From: a phage
Reading direction: 5' to 3' (one strand)
Length of the DNA: 64,000 bases
Sequence record: PZ386977.1
The notes beneath the pieces are model-generated. The model searched no databases. It had not been told where the DNA came from and was given only the letters and a program-made list of their open reading frames with translations. The translations under genes and the position numbers were made by a program. The first letter of the stretch is position 1. Every line of letters begins with the position of its first letter. Positions 9,847 through 19,462 of this stretch are shown here, piece after piece.

Positions 9847-10038
9847 TTATTCGTAGAAGTCAGTAACTGTCCATGCGGAATTGCGATTAGACATTATTTT
9901 ATTATACTCATCTTTAAAAGCAGATTTGAGCATTTGTTCAGTAACAATATGTTCTTCACCTGAAAACGTATTGGTCAAAACATATTTTTTAATTTCAGGA
10001 ACAACGAGAAGATGTTGTCCGGTTGAATACTCCGCCAT
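9847..10038 (-). CDS. hypothetical protein (45.2-like)
   Basis: 63-aa ORF, syntenic small gene. Confidence 0.5.
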   Translation of the reverse strand: MAEYSTGQHLLVVPEIKKYVLTNTFSGEEHIVTEQMLKSAFKDEYNKIMSNRNSAWTVTDFYE

Positions 10039-10115
10039 TATAAATCTCCGTGTTTAAAGCAATATAAATAGGTTTATCAATTTATCTGTTGCTGTATCAA
10101 ATAAGGATTTAGTAA

Positions 10116-10832
10116 ATGAATTATAACTCAATATACGAAAAGCTTATCACCAATGCTAAATCAAGAAGTTTAGATGGTTATACAGAACGTCATCACATTA
10201 TACCACAATGTTTAGGTGGAAGTGATGATGCTTTAAACTTAGTAGACTTAACACCAGAAGAACATTATTTGGCACATCAACTGTTGGTAAAAATCCATCC
10301 AGATAATGCCTCTTTAATATATGCTGCTCGTATGATGACCATATCATCTCCTAAAGCAGATAGAAGCAAAAACAAATTATTTGGATGGCTTCGACGTAAG
10401 AATCAGGAAGTTCAAAAGAATAAAGAATTCACTGCTGAAACCCGTAAGAAAATGTCCGAGTCTGCAAAAAATAAACCAAAGATTACCTGTCCACATTGTG
10501 GTTTAACTGGAACTGAAGGAAACATGCGACGTTGGCATTTTGATAATTGTAAACAAGGTCCAACGCCTAAAATAGTAAAATTATCTGATGATGAAAAACA
10601 GAGGATAAGTTCTAAACTTAAAACAATAGAGTGGAAACTCCACACATGTGTACACTGTGGTCTAGAAGGAAAAGCTTGCAATATAGTTCCTCATGAGAAA
10701 AACTGTAAACTTAATCCTAATAGAATAAAACCTAATGTAACAATAGTGGAATGTCCATACTGCTCTAAAAGTGGTTCTATATCAAATATGAAAAGATGGC
10801 ATTTCGATAATTGTAAATATAAGCCTCATTAA
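10116..10832 (+). CDS. HNH homing endonuclease with triplicated zinc-finger motif
   Basis: ERHHIIPQCLGGSDDALNLVDLTPEEHYLAHQ HNH core; three CPHCG/CVHCG/CPYCS...RWHFDNCK repeats; AAGGA SD before ATG; only plus-strand gene in a minus-strand block. Confidence 0.85.
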   Translation: MNYNSIYEKLITNAKSRSLDGYTERHHIIPQCLGGSDDALNLVDLTPEEHYLAHQLLVKIHPDNASLIYAARMMTISSPKADRSKNKLFGWLRRKNQEVQKNKEFTAETRKKMSESAKNKPKITCPHCGLTGTEGNMRRWHFDNCKQGPTPKIVKLSDDEKQRISSKLKTIEWKLHTCVHCGLEGKACNIVPHEKNCKLNPNRIKPNVTIVECPYCSKSGSISNMKRWHFDNCKYKPH

Positions 10833-12517
10833 GAGGCTTTCATTACAGTAAATCGTCCAACTTTACTCATCTGAAGATGTTGTCCATACGCTTGTGGGTC
10901 ATGGTCTCTGTGACTAATTATAAACACGTTTGCATCGGTTAGAGAGTTAAGAATTGTTGAAATAGCTTTAATACCTTCAGAATCAGTCGCGGAATCCATG
11001 ACTTCGTCCATAATTAATGTATTGATTCTAACACCAGAGACCTTTTCAGCAATATCTCGCCATGTAAACAACAATGCGATATCGATACGTGCCTTTTCAC
11101 CTTGACTAAATGAAGCATAACTAAAATCTTCACGACCACGTGATTTTATAGATTCATTGAATTCTTCGTCAATAGAAAACACATAATCAGCTTCCATGAT
11201 TTTAAGGTAATGGTTAATCTGCTTGTTGAACAGAGGCACATATTTTTTAATGATAGCACCTTTAATACCAGAATCTTTTAACATATCTGTGATAATACCA
11301 CGATGGTATTTTTCAAGAACGATATCTGATTTTGTTTTAATGATTTTATCAAGTTCTTTTTGAAGCAAAGCTATCTCATCGGCATGGTCGATAAATTCAG
11401 CTGAGGCTTGTTCTATTGCAGCTTTAACTTTCTTAGCTTTATCAATAGTGGCAATCATTGCTTGTTTCTTGGTACGAATATCAGATGCAAGGTCCTGTTT
11501 AGTCTTAACATTAGCTCTATATTCGTCCACTAGGACACTCAGATTATCTCTGTGAGAGGTAAGTTGCTCGAATGAGTGATTACATTCATGAAGCTTATCG
11601 GTAATCTTAGAGACAATAGGATCACCCTGGTGCAACTGTGATGCACAAGTAGGACATGTGCCACCGTCATGATACATCTTAATAACTTTGTTATATGAGT
11701 CGATTTTAGATTTAATCAAGAATGCTTCTTGTCCGATCTTGTTGAATGCCTCAGTAGGGTCTTCGTCAAGAACGATATTAAGTAGACGCTCGTTAGCTTC
11801 TTCAATTTCTGCTTTTAATGACCGAGCTTCTTTGGCTAGGTCGTCATACATATTCTGTAGACGCGCTACATTATCACCAGATAATTTCTTTTGACGTTCG
11901 ATATTCTCATTATAAATCTTAATTTGTTGGATAACACCATCTTTCTTGGCATCGAGAACTTGTCCCTGGGAATTAAGTTCTCGAACTTGAGACTTATTGA
12001 TTTTATCCATTTCGGCAAGTGTTCCAACTTCTAATAAGTCTTCAACAAGCTTTCTGCGAGCAGGGGTGCTAAGAGCCATGAAAGGGGTATACCCTGCCGT
12101 CCCAAGCACAACGATCTGTTTAAAAGACGCGTATGACATTCCGATGCTACGTTCAAATTCTTCTTGGAAGTCGCGACTGCTGGCAGATTCATCAAGACGA
12201 ACACCGTCAACGGAGATTTCGAAAATATTGGGCTTTTGGCCACGTTTAATGAAGTATTTTTTATCATCGAATTCCATCCAAAGCTCAACTAAGAGCTCTT
12301 TCTTGTTCGTGCTATTAATGATTTGTCCTTTCTTAACATCACGAAATGGTTTACCGAAAAGTCCGAAAGTAATGGCTTCTAACATCGTAGATTTACCACC
12401 GCCATTTTTACCAGTGATTAATGTCTTTTGGACTTTATCTAATTGGATATCAATAGGATTCCCACCTACCGACATGATGTTTTGATAACGAACACGATTT
12501 AATTTAAATGATTTCAT
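10829..12517 (-). CDS. 46: recombination endonuclease subunit gp46 (Rad50/SbcC-like)
   Basis: 562 aa; Walker A GKNGGGKST, long coiled coil, C-terminal signature/D-loop LIMDEV. Confidence 0.95.
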   Translation of the reverse strand: MKSFKLNRVRYQNIMSVGGNPIDIQLDKVQKTLITGKNGGGKSTMLEAITFGLFGKPFRDVKKGQIINSTNKKELLVELWMEFDDKKYFIKRGQKPNIFEISVDGVRLDESASSRDFQEEFERSIGMSYASFKQIVVLGTAGYTPFMALSTPARRKLVEDLLEVGTLAEMDKINKSQVRELNSQGQVLDAKKDGVIQQIKIYNENIERQKKLSGDNVARLQNMYDDLAKEARSLKAEIEEANERLLNIVLDEDPTEAFNKIGQEAFLIKSKIDSYNKVIKMYHDGGTCPTCASQLHQGDPIVSKITDKLHECNHSFEQLTSHRDNLSVLVDEYRANVKTKQDLASDIRTKKQAMIATIDKAKKVKAAIEQASAEFIDHADEIALLQKELDKIIKTKSDIVLEKYHRGIITDMLKDSGIKGAIIKKYVPLFNKQINHYLKIMEADYVFSIDEEFNESIKSRGREDFSYASFSQGEKARIDIALLFTWRDIAEKVSGVRINTLIMDEVMDSATDSEGIKAISTILNSLTDANVFIISHRDHDPQAYGQHLQMSKVGRFTVMKAS

Positions 12518-12768
12518 ATGTATTCTCTTCGAATGAAGTCCTCTACATATTTTAACATGTCATCTCTATCAGCAAAATATTCATCTAGTTCTGCATACAT
12601 AACAACACCTGGTGCGTACTCACAGGTAACATACATTGTTCCAAAGAAACGAGGAGTTGATTCCTCGTAATTCTCAGTCCATTCAACGATACCAATATAA
12701 CCGTCACCAATACTAAATTCATGACGATGGATTTCATAATCAGTCTTCGTCATTATACGCATCCTCAA
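12514..12768 (-). CDS. hypothetical protein (46.1-like)
   Basis: 84-aa ORF, ATGA overlap with 46. Confidence 0.5.
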   Translation of the reverse strand: MRMRIMTKTDYEIHRHEFSIGDGYIGIVEWTENYEESTPRFFGTMYVTCEYAPGVVMYAELDEYFADRDDMLKYVEDFIRREYI

Positions 12769-12997
12769 TACACGCTTCGGCCATTTTAAGAATAGAGCCA
12801 GGAGTATCGTTGTCCATTATATTAAAGCTAAATTCAATAGCCCAGTCGGTACAGACATGAACGGCTTTAACTTCATTGCCTTCAACGCGTAATGGCTCAA
12901 TCCAATACTTGATAGTGTTCTCGAATCCATCATCATCTTTAACGTCCATTTCAACTTCAAGCCTGAGTCCAGCATTGTTAAATTCATCTAAAGTCAT
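12740..12997 (-). CDS. hypothetical protein (46.2-like)
   Basis: 85-aa acidic ORF. Confidence 0.5.
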   Translation of the reverse strand: MTLDEFNNAGLRLEVEMDVKDDDGFENTIKYWIEPLRVEGNEVKAVHVCTDWAIEFSFNIMDNDTPGSILKMAEACIEDAYNDED

Positions 12998-14013
12998 TGT
13001 GTTGCCTCAATATAAAGTTCGTTGGAATATTTGACCAGCGCTTCTCTGTCTTCGTCTGAGATATCTGGAATCGCGTCAATATATTCTTTAATGATATCTT
13101 GAAGTGATTTAATCTCGATTTCCTGGTCGTCATCAGATTCAACACTGTTATCAACTTTAGAAACCATACGAAGAGAGTGAACTACTTTTTCAAGTTCAGA
13201 TTCAAACTTAGTCAACTCTGAATCAATTTCTGATACTATAACACGTACGGCTAGATTAGTATAATCAGAATAATTGATTTTGCCTTTAAACGGATAAGTG
13301 ATTCGTCGATGCCATGTTGTTTCATTAGGAATAAATTCCATACGTTCAACATCGGTGTCAAATACCCAGAATCCTCGAGGGTCGTTTTCATCACCTGCAG
13401 TAAGGGTCCATGGTGTCCCAATATATTTGACATTAGCAGCTTCAGAGATTGTGTGGAAGTGGCCAGACCAGACTTGTTTATAGGTCTTTAAAAAATCAGG
13501 TTCAAGCCCATGAGACTTCATTCCTTTATAGAAATAAAAACCATTCAGTTCCCAGTGCCCAACACAAAAAGAAGCAGATGAAGTTTTGATATGTTCAAGA
13601 ATTTCACCAGTATTTTCTTCGCACATCCAAGGAATTAAATCAATCAAACATCCGTCAAAATCTACTGTAGTAGGCTTATCATATACTTTAACATTAGGAT
13701 ATTTAGCTAAAAGCTCAGTAGAAGCGTTTGGAGTTAAAGTATTTTTAAAGTGCATATCATGGTTTCCTACAACAGTATGTAGGGTAATACCAGCATCATC
13801 AAGCATTTGAACTATTTCACGTGCGAACTCCATAGTTTTATGCGTGATTGCTTTTCGCACATCAAAAATATCGCCGTATTGAATCCATGTAGTAATTCCA
13901 TTTTTCTTAGAATATTCTATCGCCTGCTTAATTCCATCCAACTGAATGGATTGAACCCACTCATCATCGGCTTTAACACCTAAATGCCAATCACCTAAAT
14001 TTAAAATTTTCAT
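12994..14013 (-). CDS. 47: recombination nuclease subunit gp47 (Mre11/SbcD-like)
   Basis: 339 aa; phosphoesterase motifs LGDWH, GDIFD, GNHD, GHFH. Confidence 0.95.
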   Translation of the reverse strand: MKILNLGDWHLGVKADDEWVQSIQLDGIKQAIEYSKKNGITTWIQYGDIFDVRKAITHKTMEFAREIVQMLDDAGITLHTVVGNHDMHFKNTLTPNASTELLAKYPNVKVYDKPTTVDFDGCLIDLIPWMCEENTGEILEHIKTSSASFCVGHWELNGFYFYKGMKSHGLEPDFLKTYKQVWSGHFHTISEAANVKYIGTPWTLTAGDENDPRGFWVFDTDVERMEFIPNETTWHRRITYPFKGKINYSDYTNLAVRVIVSEIDSELTKFESELEKVVHSLRMVSKVDNSVESDDDQEIEIKSLQDIIKEYIDAIPDISDEDREALVKYSNELYIEATQ

Positions 14014-14059
14014 ATTATTTCCTCATTAGTTAATTCATTCTATCATCCGTTTATAAAGC

Positions 14060-14083
14060 AAAAAAGGAACTCCGAAGAGTTCC
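14060..14083 (-). terminator. intrinsic terminator hairpin (UUCG loop) plus U-tract
   Basis: minus-strand GGAACUC-UUCG-GAGUUCC followed by UUUUUU. Confidence 0.6.
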
Positions 14084-14256
14084 TATCCACATAGTACACC
14101 GTACAGAGGCTCATTTGAACTTTTAAATCGAATGGGCTTGTATGTAATAGTTCCTTCGGCTTTAGCTTTATCATAAGACTCTTTAAAACGTCTCATTCTT
14201 TCTGCTTTGCCTTTACGGATTTTATCGAAATTTTCAGAAGTCGGGATGTTCGTCAT
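14083..14256 (-). CDS. small basic hypothetical protein (57 aa)
   Basis: GAGGTG SD then ATG at 14256; MTNIPTSENFDKIRKGKAERMRRFKESYDKAKAEG...; not in ORF track. Confidence 0.3.
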   Translation of the reverse strand: MTNIPTSENFDKIRKGKAERMRRFKESYDKAKAEGTITYKPIRFKSSNEPLYGVLCG

Positions 14257-14295
14257 GCATAAGCACCTCTCAGAAAATGCCTAAATCGATTTCTC

Positions 14296-14517
14296 TCATC
14301 GTTTCCACCATTTCTTAACTTGAAATGAATCAACCCACACGAGTTGTTTTGGGTCTGCCTTTACAATAGGCGGACAAATTTCTGTAATAGAACCGTCGTG
14401 ATATTCCTTTTCAGAGATTTTAACGCAAAGAGGACCTCCCAATTTAAGGGTGAACCCTGCGTTCAGCTTCAGACGTTTAAACTTTGTTTGAACTAGCGCC
14501 ATTAATGATGTCCTCAA
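14296..14517 (-). CDS. hypothetical protein
   Basis: 73-aa ORF in minus-strand array. Confidence 0.45.
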   Translation of the reverse strand: MRTSLMALVQTKFKRLKLNAGFTLKLGGPLCVKISEKEYHDGSITEICPPIVKADPKQLVWVDSFQVKKWWKR

Positions 14518-14800
14518 TAGCCTGACGAGTAGTAACCCATTGGATTTTAATTAACTTGTCGTTATATGGTTGTCGTAGAATATCCCGAGATTTCTTAATA
14601 GCATATTCGTAAGCTTCGAAGTTGTTTTGAATTGCTGCTTCTTGAGCATGAGCATAAAGACGGTTTAGTTCAAAACGATTCTTTTTAAGAATCTTTTCGG
14701 ATTTTTTACGTGCTTCAGCTTCATTTTTCTTTTGGATTTCTTGTAGCATTTTAGCTACTGCATCTTCTGCTTCTTTATTTTCAATAATCTCGGTAGTCAT
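14477..14800 (-). CDS. hypothetical protein
   Basis: 107-aa ORF in minus-strand array. Confidence 0.5.
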   Translation of the reverse strand: MTTEIIENKEAEDAVAKMLQEIQKKNEAEARKKSEKILKKNRFELNRLYAHAQEAAIQNNFEAYEYAIKKSRDILRQPYNDKLIKIQWVTTRQAIEDIINGASSNKV

Positions 14801-14801
14801 A

Positions 14802-15017
14802 TTATCTCATTAAATTAAAATAAAAACGTCCATCCTCTTCAATACAGAACTCATACTCAACCGGAGTCCCATTTATCGAAAATGACACGTCATGTGGGTT
14901 CAAAGGGTCGATGTCAAAATTAATTTTAAATTCACGACCCAACAGTTTTACCAAATAAGGGATTGCTTCGTCAAAAGGTTCTTCTAAGTAGTTAGAGATG
15001 TCAATTGTCATCCTCAT
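14802..15017 (-). CDS. hypothetical protein
   Basis: track ORF 14802..15095 trimmed to internal ATG because the 5' part overlaps gene 55. Confidence 0.4.
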   Translation of the reverse strand: MRMTIDISNYLEEPFDEAIPYLVKLLGREFKINFDIDPLNPHDVSFSINGTPVEYEFCIEEDGRFYFNLMR

Positions 15018-15558
15018 ATAAAAAATCCAAACTAGGCGAATCGCTAACAACTTCCTTCTTTTCAGCCCCAGGAGCTTTATAAGCGGATTCTTCATAATGC
15101 GTCATTTTATCGTAGATGTCTTGAATAAACGTTTCATCTACCAACGCTACCATATCATCGTCATGACTGTCGTAGACGTTATGAACGAAGTAACTATATT
15201 TCTTTGCAACTTCCTTACGTTCTTTTTTGATACGTTGGACAAAAGCATTAAAACAAGCTCGAGTTATGTATGCATGTGGGTTATTGTACTTAGTTTCGTC
15301 GAAATTATGAAGTCCCTTAATAGAGGCTTCAATCCCATCTGCAATCATCTCCTGCTTCCAAGACTGGGTATATCCTGAAAAGTTGAAACGTTTGGACAGG
15401 CCTTCGGCGATAAGCATAATTGCTAAACCGATGGTATCATTCTGACGAATAATTTTGTTTGGGTCTTTATTATTTAAGAGCTCCTTTTTCCACTCGATTA
15501 TAGCGGCGAGAAGCTCTTTATTATTCACATAGTTATTTTTAGGTTTTTGTTCAGTCAT
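15001..15558 (-). CDS. 55: late-transcription sigma factor gp55
   Basis: 185 aa; [26 protein letters not shown]4 gp55-like. Confidence 0.9.
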   Translation of the reverse strand: MTEQKPKNNYVNNKELLAAIIEWKKELLNNKDPNKIIRQNDTIGLAIMLIAEGLSKRFNFSGYTQSWKQEMIADGIEASIKGLHNFDETKYNNPHAYITRACFNAFVQRIKKERKEVAKKYSYFVHNVYDSHDDDMVALVDETFIQDIYDKMTHYEESAYKAPGAEKKEVVSDSPSLDFLYEDDN

Positions 15559-15630
15559 AAGTACCTCTTAGCTCAATTCATAGGTCTATTATATCATAAT
15601 ATTTAGAGACCTATCTTAAAGCACGAGATA

Positions 15631-15900
15631 CTATCGGAGCAAACAATAAGCCTGAAACACTTTTTCCATTAAACGTTTGAACTCATGGATATCGATATAA
15701 AGCTCAGTAAGACCGGCATTATAAAGAAAATCTAAAAAGTTCTCATGTGTTTCGTTATAGTCGCCTTCGTTTAATTGAGATACATGAGTTTCCCAAAAAC
15801 CAACACCTTTAACGAATGGAAAATACGTGACTTTCATGTATTCGTCAACATAAAATTCGCCCAGCTTTTCTTCAGTTATACTGATTCGAGTTAATTTCAT
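15631..15900 (-). CDS. hypothetical protein
   Basis: 89-aa ORF. Confidence 0.45.
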   Translation of the reverse strand: MKLTRISITEEKLGEFYVDEYMKVTYFPFVKGVGFWETHVSQLNEGDYNETHENFLDFLYNAGLTELYIDIHEFKRLMEKVFQAYCLLR

Positions 15901-16124
15901 TCTAGTTCCTTTGCTGCTTCAAGAGCATCATCCAACGAATCAAATTGGTCAACGAAATCGATATTCAACGCATCGTCAGCCGTAGCATATAGCCACCATT
16001 GTTTGAATTCATATTCTAGGATAAATCCAAGCCCTTCAATCTGAGAAAGACCTAGGCTATTTGTACCAACTTCGTAACCAGCTAGACGCAGGTCATTAAT
16101 CAAAGATTCTGTTAATACACTCAT
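15897..16124 (-). CDS. hypothetical protein
   Basis: 75-aa acidic ORF, ATGA overlap. Confidence 0.45.
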   Translation of the reverse strand: MSVLTESLINDLRLAGYEVGTNSLGLSQIEGLGFILEYEFKQWWLYATADDALNIDFVDQFDSLDDALEAAKELE

Positions 16125-16453
16125 TTTACCGCCTTAACAATTTTCAGGTCAACGAATTTTTTCTTACGTTGATTTTTCATACGACGGATAGTCTTTTCAG
16201 AGATTTCATGTTTCTGATAAGCTTTAGATTCAACACCAAATGCAGCAACGTCAAATTCAGAAAGAATATATTGTACTAGAATTTCACGAATAGAATTACG
16301 TCCAATTTTCTGGTCGTGTTTTTGCATGATTTCATAAAGACGGAATTCCCACGCGTCAAGGACTTGAGGAGTAACAATATTGCCGGATTCCAGAAGAGCA
16401 ACAACTTTATCGAAAGCGAAAGAATTAACTACATTTTTGATTTTAGTAGACAT
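16121..16453 (-). CDS. hypothetical protein
   Basis: track ORF 16121..16492 trimmed to ATG with GAGGAAAA SD; upstream part lies inside a promoter repeat. Confidence 0.45.
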   Translation of the reverse strand: MSTKIKNVVNSFAFDKVVALLESGNIVTPQVLDAWEFRLYEIMQKHDQKIGRNSIREILVQYILSEFDVAAFGVESKAYQKHEISEKTIRRMKNQRKKKFVDLKIVKAVK

Positions 16454-16519
16454 ATTATTTTCCTCTGTTATTTTATTATCCAATGAGAGCATTATACTCT
16501 GCTCTCAAGAGTTTGTGCA

Positions 16520-16759
16520 TTATTCCGTGATAAGATAATGTAAATAGTTTGCTTGACGAACACTGATATCAACACCCATATCAAAGATACCTTTATAGAA
16601 CGGGTATTTGTTTTCAGTAGAATCTAGACTAAAAGCCTTTCCACCACAACTAACGGTAATAGCATCAGTTAAAGTGTCATATACAAACTTAATAGTTGAG
16701 CCATTCACTACGACTTCAAGACGTTTTTTCGATGTAATAACGTCTAATTCTTGTTCCAT
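16520..16759 (-). CDS. hypothetical protein
   Basis: 79-aa ORF. Confidence 0.45.
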   Translation of the reverse strand: MEQELDVITSKKRLEVVVNGSTIKFVYDTLTDAITVSCGGKAFSLDSTENKYPFYKGIFDMGVDISVRQANYLHYLITE

Positions 16760-16822
16760 GATATTTTCCTCATTTTAAGACGATAGGAAGATAATAACAC
16801 GTCTTCCTATCGTTGTACATTA

Positions 16823-17035
16823 TTAACCGAACTTTTTAGCGCCTTTCCAGCCTTCATACATAGCTGCACAAGTCAGTAGTACAGCGTGCTGGCATTCTTT
16901 GTATTTGTAAATCCAGAACCAACGTAAAAAGTCTTCGTCCTCAACGCCGTTGAGTTTCATATTGGCAAAGAATTCGGCACGTTCTTCACGAAGTTGCCAT
17001 GACACAATATTTTCAGGATTCATTTTGTGTTCCAC
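16823..17035 (-). CDS. hypothetical protein
   Basis: 70-aa ORF. Confidence 0.45.
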   Translation of the reverse strand: MEHKMNPENIVSWQLREERAEFFANMKLNGVEDEDFLRWFWIYKYKECQHAVLLTCAAMYEGWKGAKKFG

Positions 17036-17247
17036 GTCCCATTTTCATCGATGAACTTAATCCAGTCATTTACAGACCATTTAGTTGTATCACCCTTTGG
17101 ATTAACATTTAAAGTATATAATCCCTGCTTAAAAAGCATTCGTTTGATATTCATAATTTCCTCAACTGTAACGATAACATTCATTAGCTTTACGTTTGGC
17201 TTCAGTATGAGAAGTATTATAATCATAATCTTCTTTACTGTAAACAT
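17020..17247 (-). CDS. hypothetical protein (start uncertain)
   Basis: 75-aa ORF; 5' part overlaps neighbour in another frame, true start probably an internal ATG. Confidence 0.35.
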   Translation of the reverse strand: MFTVKKIMIIILLILKPNVKLMNVIVTVEEIMNIKRMLFKQGLYTLNVNPKGDTTKWSVNDWIKFIDENGTWNTK

Positions 17248-17482
17248 CTTTTTTCAACTTACGAACTTCTTTGCGGAGTTGTCGATTCATTTCGTTCTTG
17301 ACTTCAGAATCAACGCCTTTCATACGTTTCCATTTATCTGAGCGGAAAATGTTTTCAACCATGTCTTTGTGGCTAACACCGTCAGGAGCTTTACGTTTAC
17401 CAAAATAGTCGTAATCACGAACTTTCAAATCTTTACGACGATACGTTTTACCCATAAGTACCTCAGAGGTTGATTGATACAA
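17162..17482 (-). CDS. hypothetical basic protein
   Basis: 106-aa Lys/Arg-rich ORF. Confidence 0.45.
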   Translation of the reverse strand: MYQSTSEVLMGKTYRRKDLKVRDYDYFGKRKAPDGVSHKDMVENIFRSDKWKRMKGVDSEVKNEMNRQLRKEVRKLKKDVYSKEDYDYNTSHTEAKRKANECYRYS

Positions 17483-17711
17483 TGCGTTTGATAAAATTCA
17501 CTTCACTTACTGAAAGGTCTTTAAGACCAATTGATTCTAAACGCTGAGTAAGCGTCAACATTGGGATATAGTCCCAATGTGTTTTAGACGTTTGATAAGT
17601 ATGGACGCCATTAGCAATTTCAACGTTCAAATCAGAAATGGTAACGAATACTGGACGCTCATCATTAACTTTAAGGGTTAGAACAACTTTCTTTGAATCT
17701 AAACTAATCAT
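17463..17711 (-). CDS. hypothetical protein
   Basis: 82-aa ORF. Confidence 0.45.
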   Translation of the reverse strand: MISLDSKKVVLTLKVNDERPVFVTISDLNVEIANGVHTYQTSKTHWDYIPMLTLTQRLESIGLKDLSVSEVNFIKRIVSINL

Positions 17712-17983
17712 GGCTTAATTTCCTTCGCAATTGAACAGAAGATACCACGGTCACAAATCATTTCACCAATTTCTGGATATTTGATCGAACGGTACCAAAC
17801 ATCCAGGCTTGAAACTCTGGTTATCTGTACTGCATTACCATTGACAGAATAGTACTGGTCAACCTTAATTTCTTTATCTTCAATTGTCATTTTATTTTCC
17901 TCTATAGCAGTTTGTTTAATCTTAACACATCTATCGAGGATGTAAACTGTTTTATGAAAATATTTTTGATTTGAGAGGGGCAC
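17708..17983 (-). CDS. hypothetical protein
   Basis: 91-aa ORF. Confidence 0.45.
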   Translation of the reverse strand: MPLSNQKYFHKTVYILDRCVKIKQTAIEENKMTIEDKEIKVDQYYSVNGNAVQITRVSSLDVWYRSIKYPEIGEMICDRGIFCSIAKEIKP

Positions 17984-18055
17984 AAGGAGATAGTGAAGTG
18001 AAGATTCTAATGGATTATATTAGAAATAGGATAAAGAAGACCAGGCGGCACCTGG

Positions 18056-18379
18056 TCAATCTTCTATGATATCAGAGTCGTATCCTAATGAAATCAAGGA
18101 CTTTTTAAACTCTGCAATATTCTTTTGTTTCTTATCATTTAAAAATATGACAGGATAACGAATATTAAGTGAAGTGAATCCTGCACGTTTAGCAAGAGAT
18201 ACGATTAAAGGACGATCATATTCAATCTTACCATTATTAGTGAGGACTTTATAAAATGTATAAGGAGCATTGAGCTCCTTTAAAAGTTTTGTAACAGTAT
18301 AACATCCTGGACAACGTCCAACTTCTTCAGGGATGCCATAAATTTCAATCTTGTTCTTTAAGTTCGAGTTTTGTTCCAC
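18056..18379 (-). CDS. thioredoxin/glutaredoxin-fold protein (CPGC), possible NrdH-like redoxin
   Basis: GRCPGCYTVTKLL CxxC motif; proposed GTG start with AAGGA SD; track ORF 18056..18508 has a 5' extension overlapping the upstream gene. Confidence 0.45.
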   Translation of the reverse strand: MEQNSNLKNKIEIYGIPEEVGRCPGCYTVTKLLKELNAPYTFYKVLTNNGKIEYDRPLIVSLAKRAGFTSLNIRYPVIFLNDKKQKNIAEFKKSLISLGYDSDIIED

Positions 18380-18662
18380 GAGAAATAATTCCTTGGTAAG
18401 CCCAATAAGGAGGATTAACAGAATCCTCACCAGAGTTTTCTTCAGGAAAATAAACCTGGATAACAAATCCAGATGCATCAAATGTAAAATAAACTGTAGG
18501 CAGTTCACCTAACAATTCGGCACGAGCATTAATTTCTTCGAGATCTCGTTCACGTCCAGCCCAAAAACTAGGATTTAGACTACATTCATAGAAATAATAG
18601 TCATTACCGAACATATCAAACCCCTTCCAACTCTCTACCACGTACTGCTCAAAACTAATCAT
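18345..18662 (-). CDS. hypothetical protein
   Basis: 105-aa ORF. Confidence 0.5.
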   Translation of the reverse strand: MISFEQYVVESWKGFDMFGNDYYFYECSLNPSFWAGRERDLEEINARAELLGELPTVYFTFDASGFVIQVYFPEENSGEDSVNPPYWAYQGIISRGTKLELKEQD

Positions 18663-18664
18663 AA

Positions 18665-18880
18665 TTAAGCCTTTTTATCAAGAACAGAATTCAGTTTGTT
18701 AGTAATTTTATCCAGACGCTCATTGAACTCACTAGAAGATAAGCCCTTTTCTGGAGAAATTAAACTAATCACGAAAAATACACCAGTAAAAGGAATAAGA
18801 AAAATAGCTCCAACTGCCATAAACAAAAAGAACGTTACAGTTGTAAGAAAATCAGCTAAACCTTTACGAAATTTATACAT
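18665..18880 (-). CDS. small membrane protein
   Basis: 71 aa, hydrophobic stretch FLTTVTFFLFMAVGAIFLIPFTGVFFVISLI. Confidence 0.45.
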   Translation of the reverse strand: MYKFRKGLADFLTTVTFFLFMAVGAIFLIPFTGVFFVISLISPEKGLSSSEFNERLDKITNKLNSVLDKKA

Positions 18881-18991
18881 ATTTACCCTTAATTAATTAA
18901 CCAAGCGTTGATAAGCAAACAATATTGCGAATAAAATTCTGGACCAAAATGAAAAATCATATCATTTATAGTATCCATAATGTAGTTCAAT

Positions 18992-19462
18992 TTAATCATG
19001 TTTCCACACCCCATCGGTATTTGACCAAAGTCGCTGATTATCTGATCCTCGCCACAGCTTTTTGGTCGGAAGACTTTTCTCATACTTCCCATCAATAATA
19101 ACATCAACATATTTAAGCATTTCTAGTTGTTTAATATCTTCAAACTTATATCCTGTCCACAACCAAATGCTTTTATTGGGATAAAGATTTTTTACTGTTT
19201 GAACAATGCAATGAACAACATCTCGGTTATCAGGATAGAGAGGGTCTCCTCCGGTTATAGTAAATCCTTCTATATAATCATTATTCAAACATTCAATTAA
19301 TTGTTCTAGTGTCTCTCCAGTGAATGGAGCACCATTTCTAGCGTTCCATGTTGATTTATTATAACACCCTTCACATTTATGCAAACAACCTGTAACGAAA
19401 AGAACGACCCTACAACCAGGGCCATTCACAAAATCGCAAGGATAAAATCTATCATAATTCAT
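18992..19462 (-). CDS. nrdG: anaerobic ribonucleotide reductase activating protein NrdG (radical SAM)
   Basis: 156 aa; GCLHKCEGCYN cysteine motif. Confidence 0.9.
   Translation of the reverse strand: MNYDRFYPCDFVNGPGCRVVLFVTGCLHKCEGCYNKSTWNARNGAPFTGETLEQLIECLNNDYIEGFTITGGDPLYPDNRDVVHCIVQTVKNLYPNKSIWLWTGYKFEDIKQLEMLKYVDVIIDGKYEKSLPTKKLWRGSDNQRLWSNTDGVWKHD

Noticed and set aside
11997-12485. 162-aa plus-strand ORF
   Set aside because: Entirely antisense to gene 46; Ser/Leu-rich translation typical of a shadow frame
18379-18508. Hydrophobic N-terminal extension of the CPGC redoxin ORF
   Set aside because: Overlaps the 3' half of the upstream ORF in another frame; no SD at its ATG
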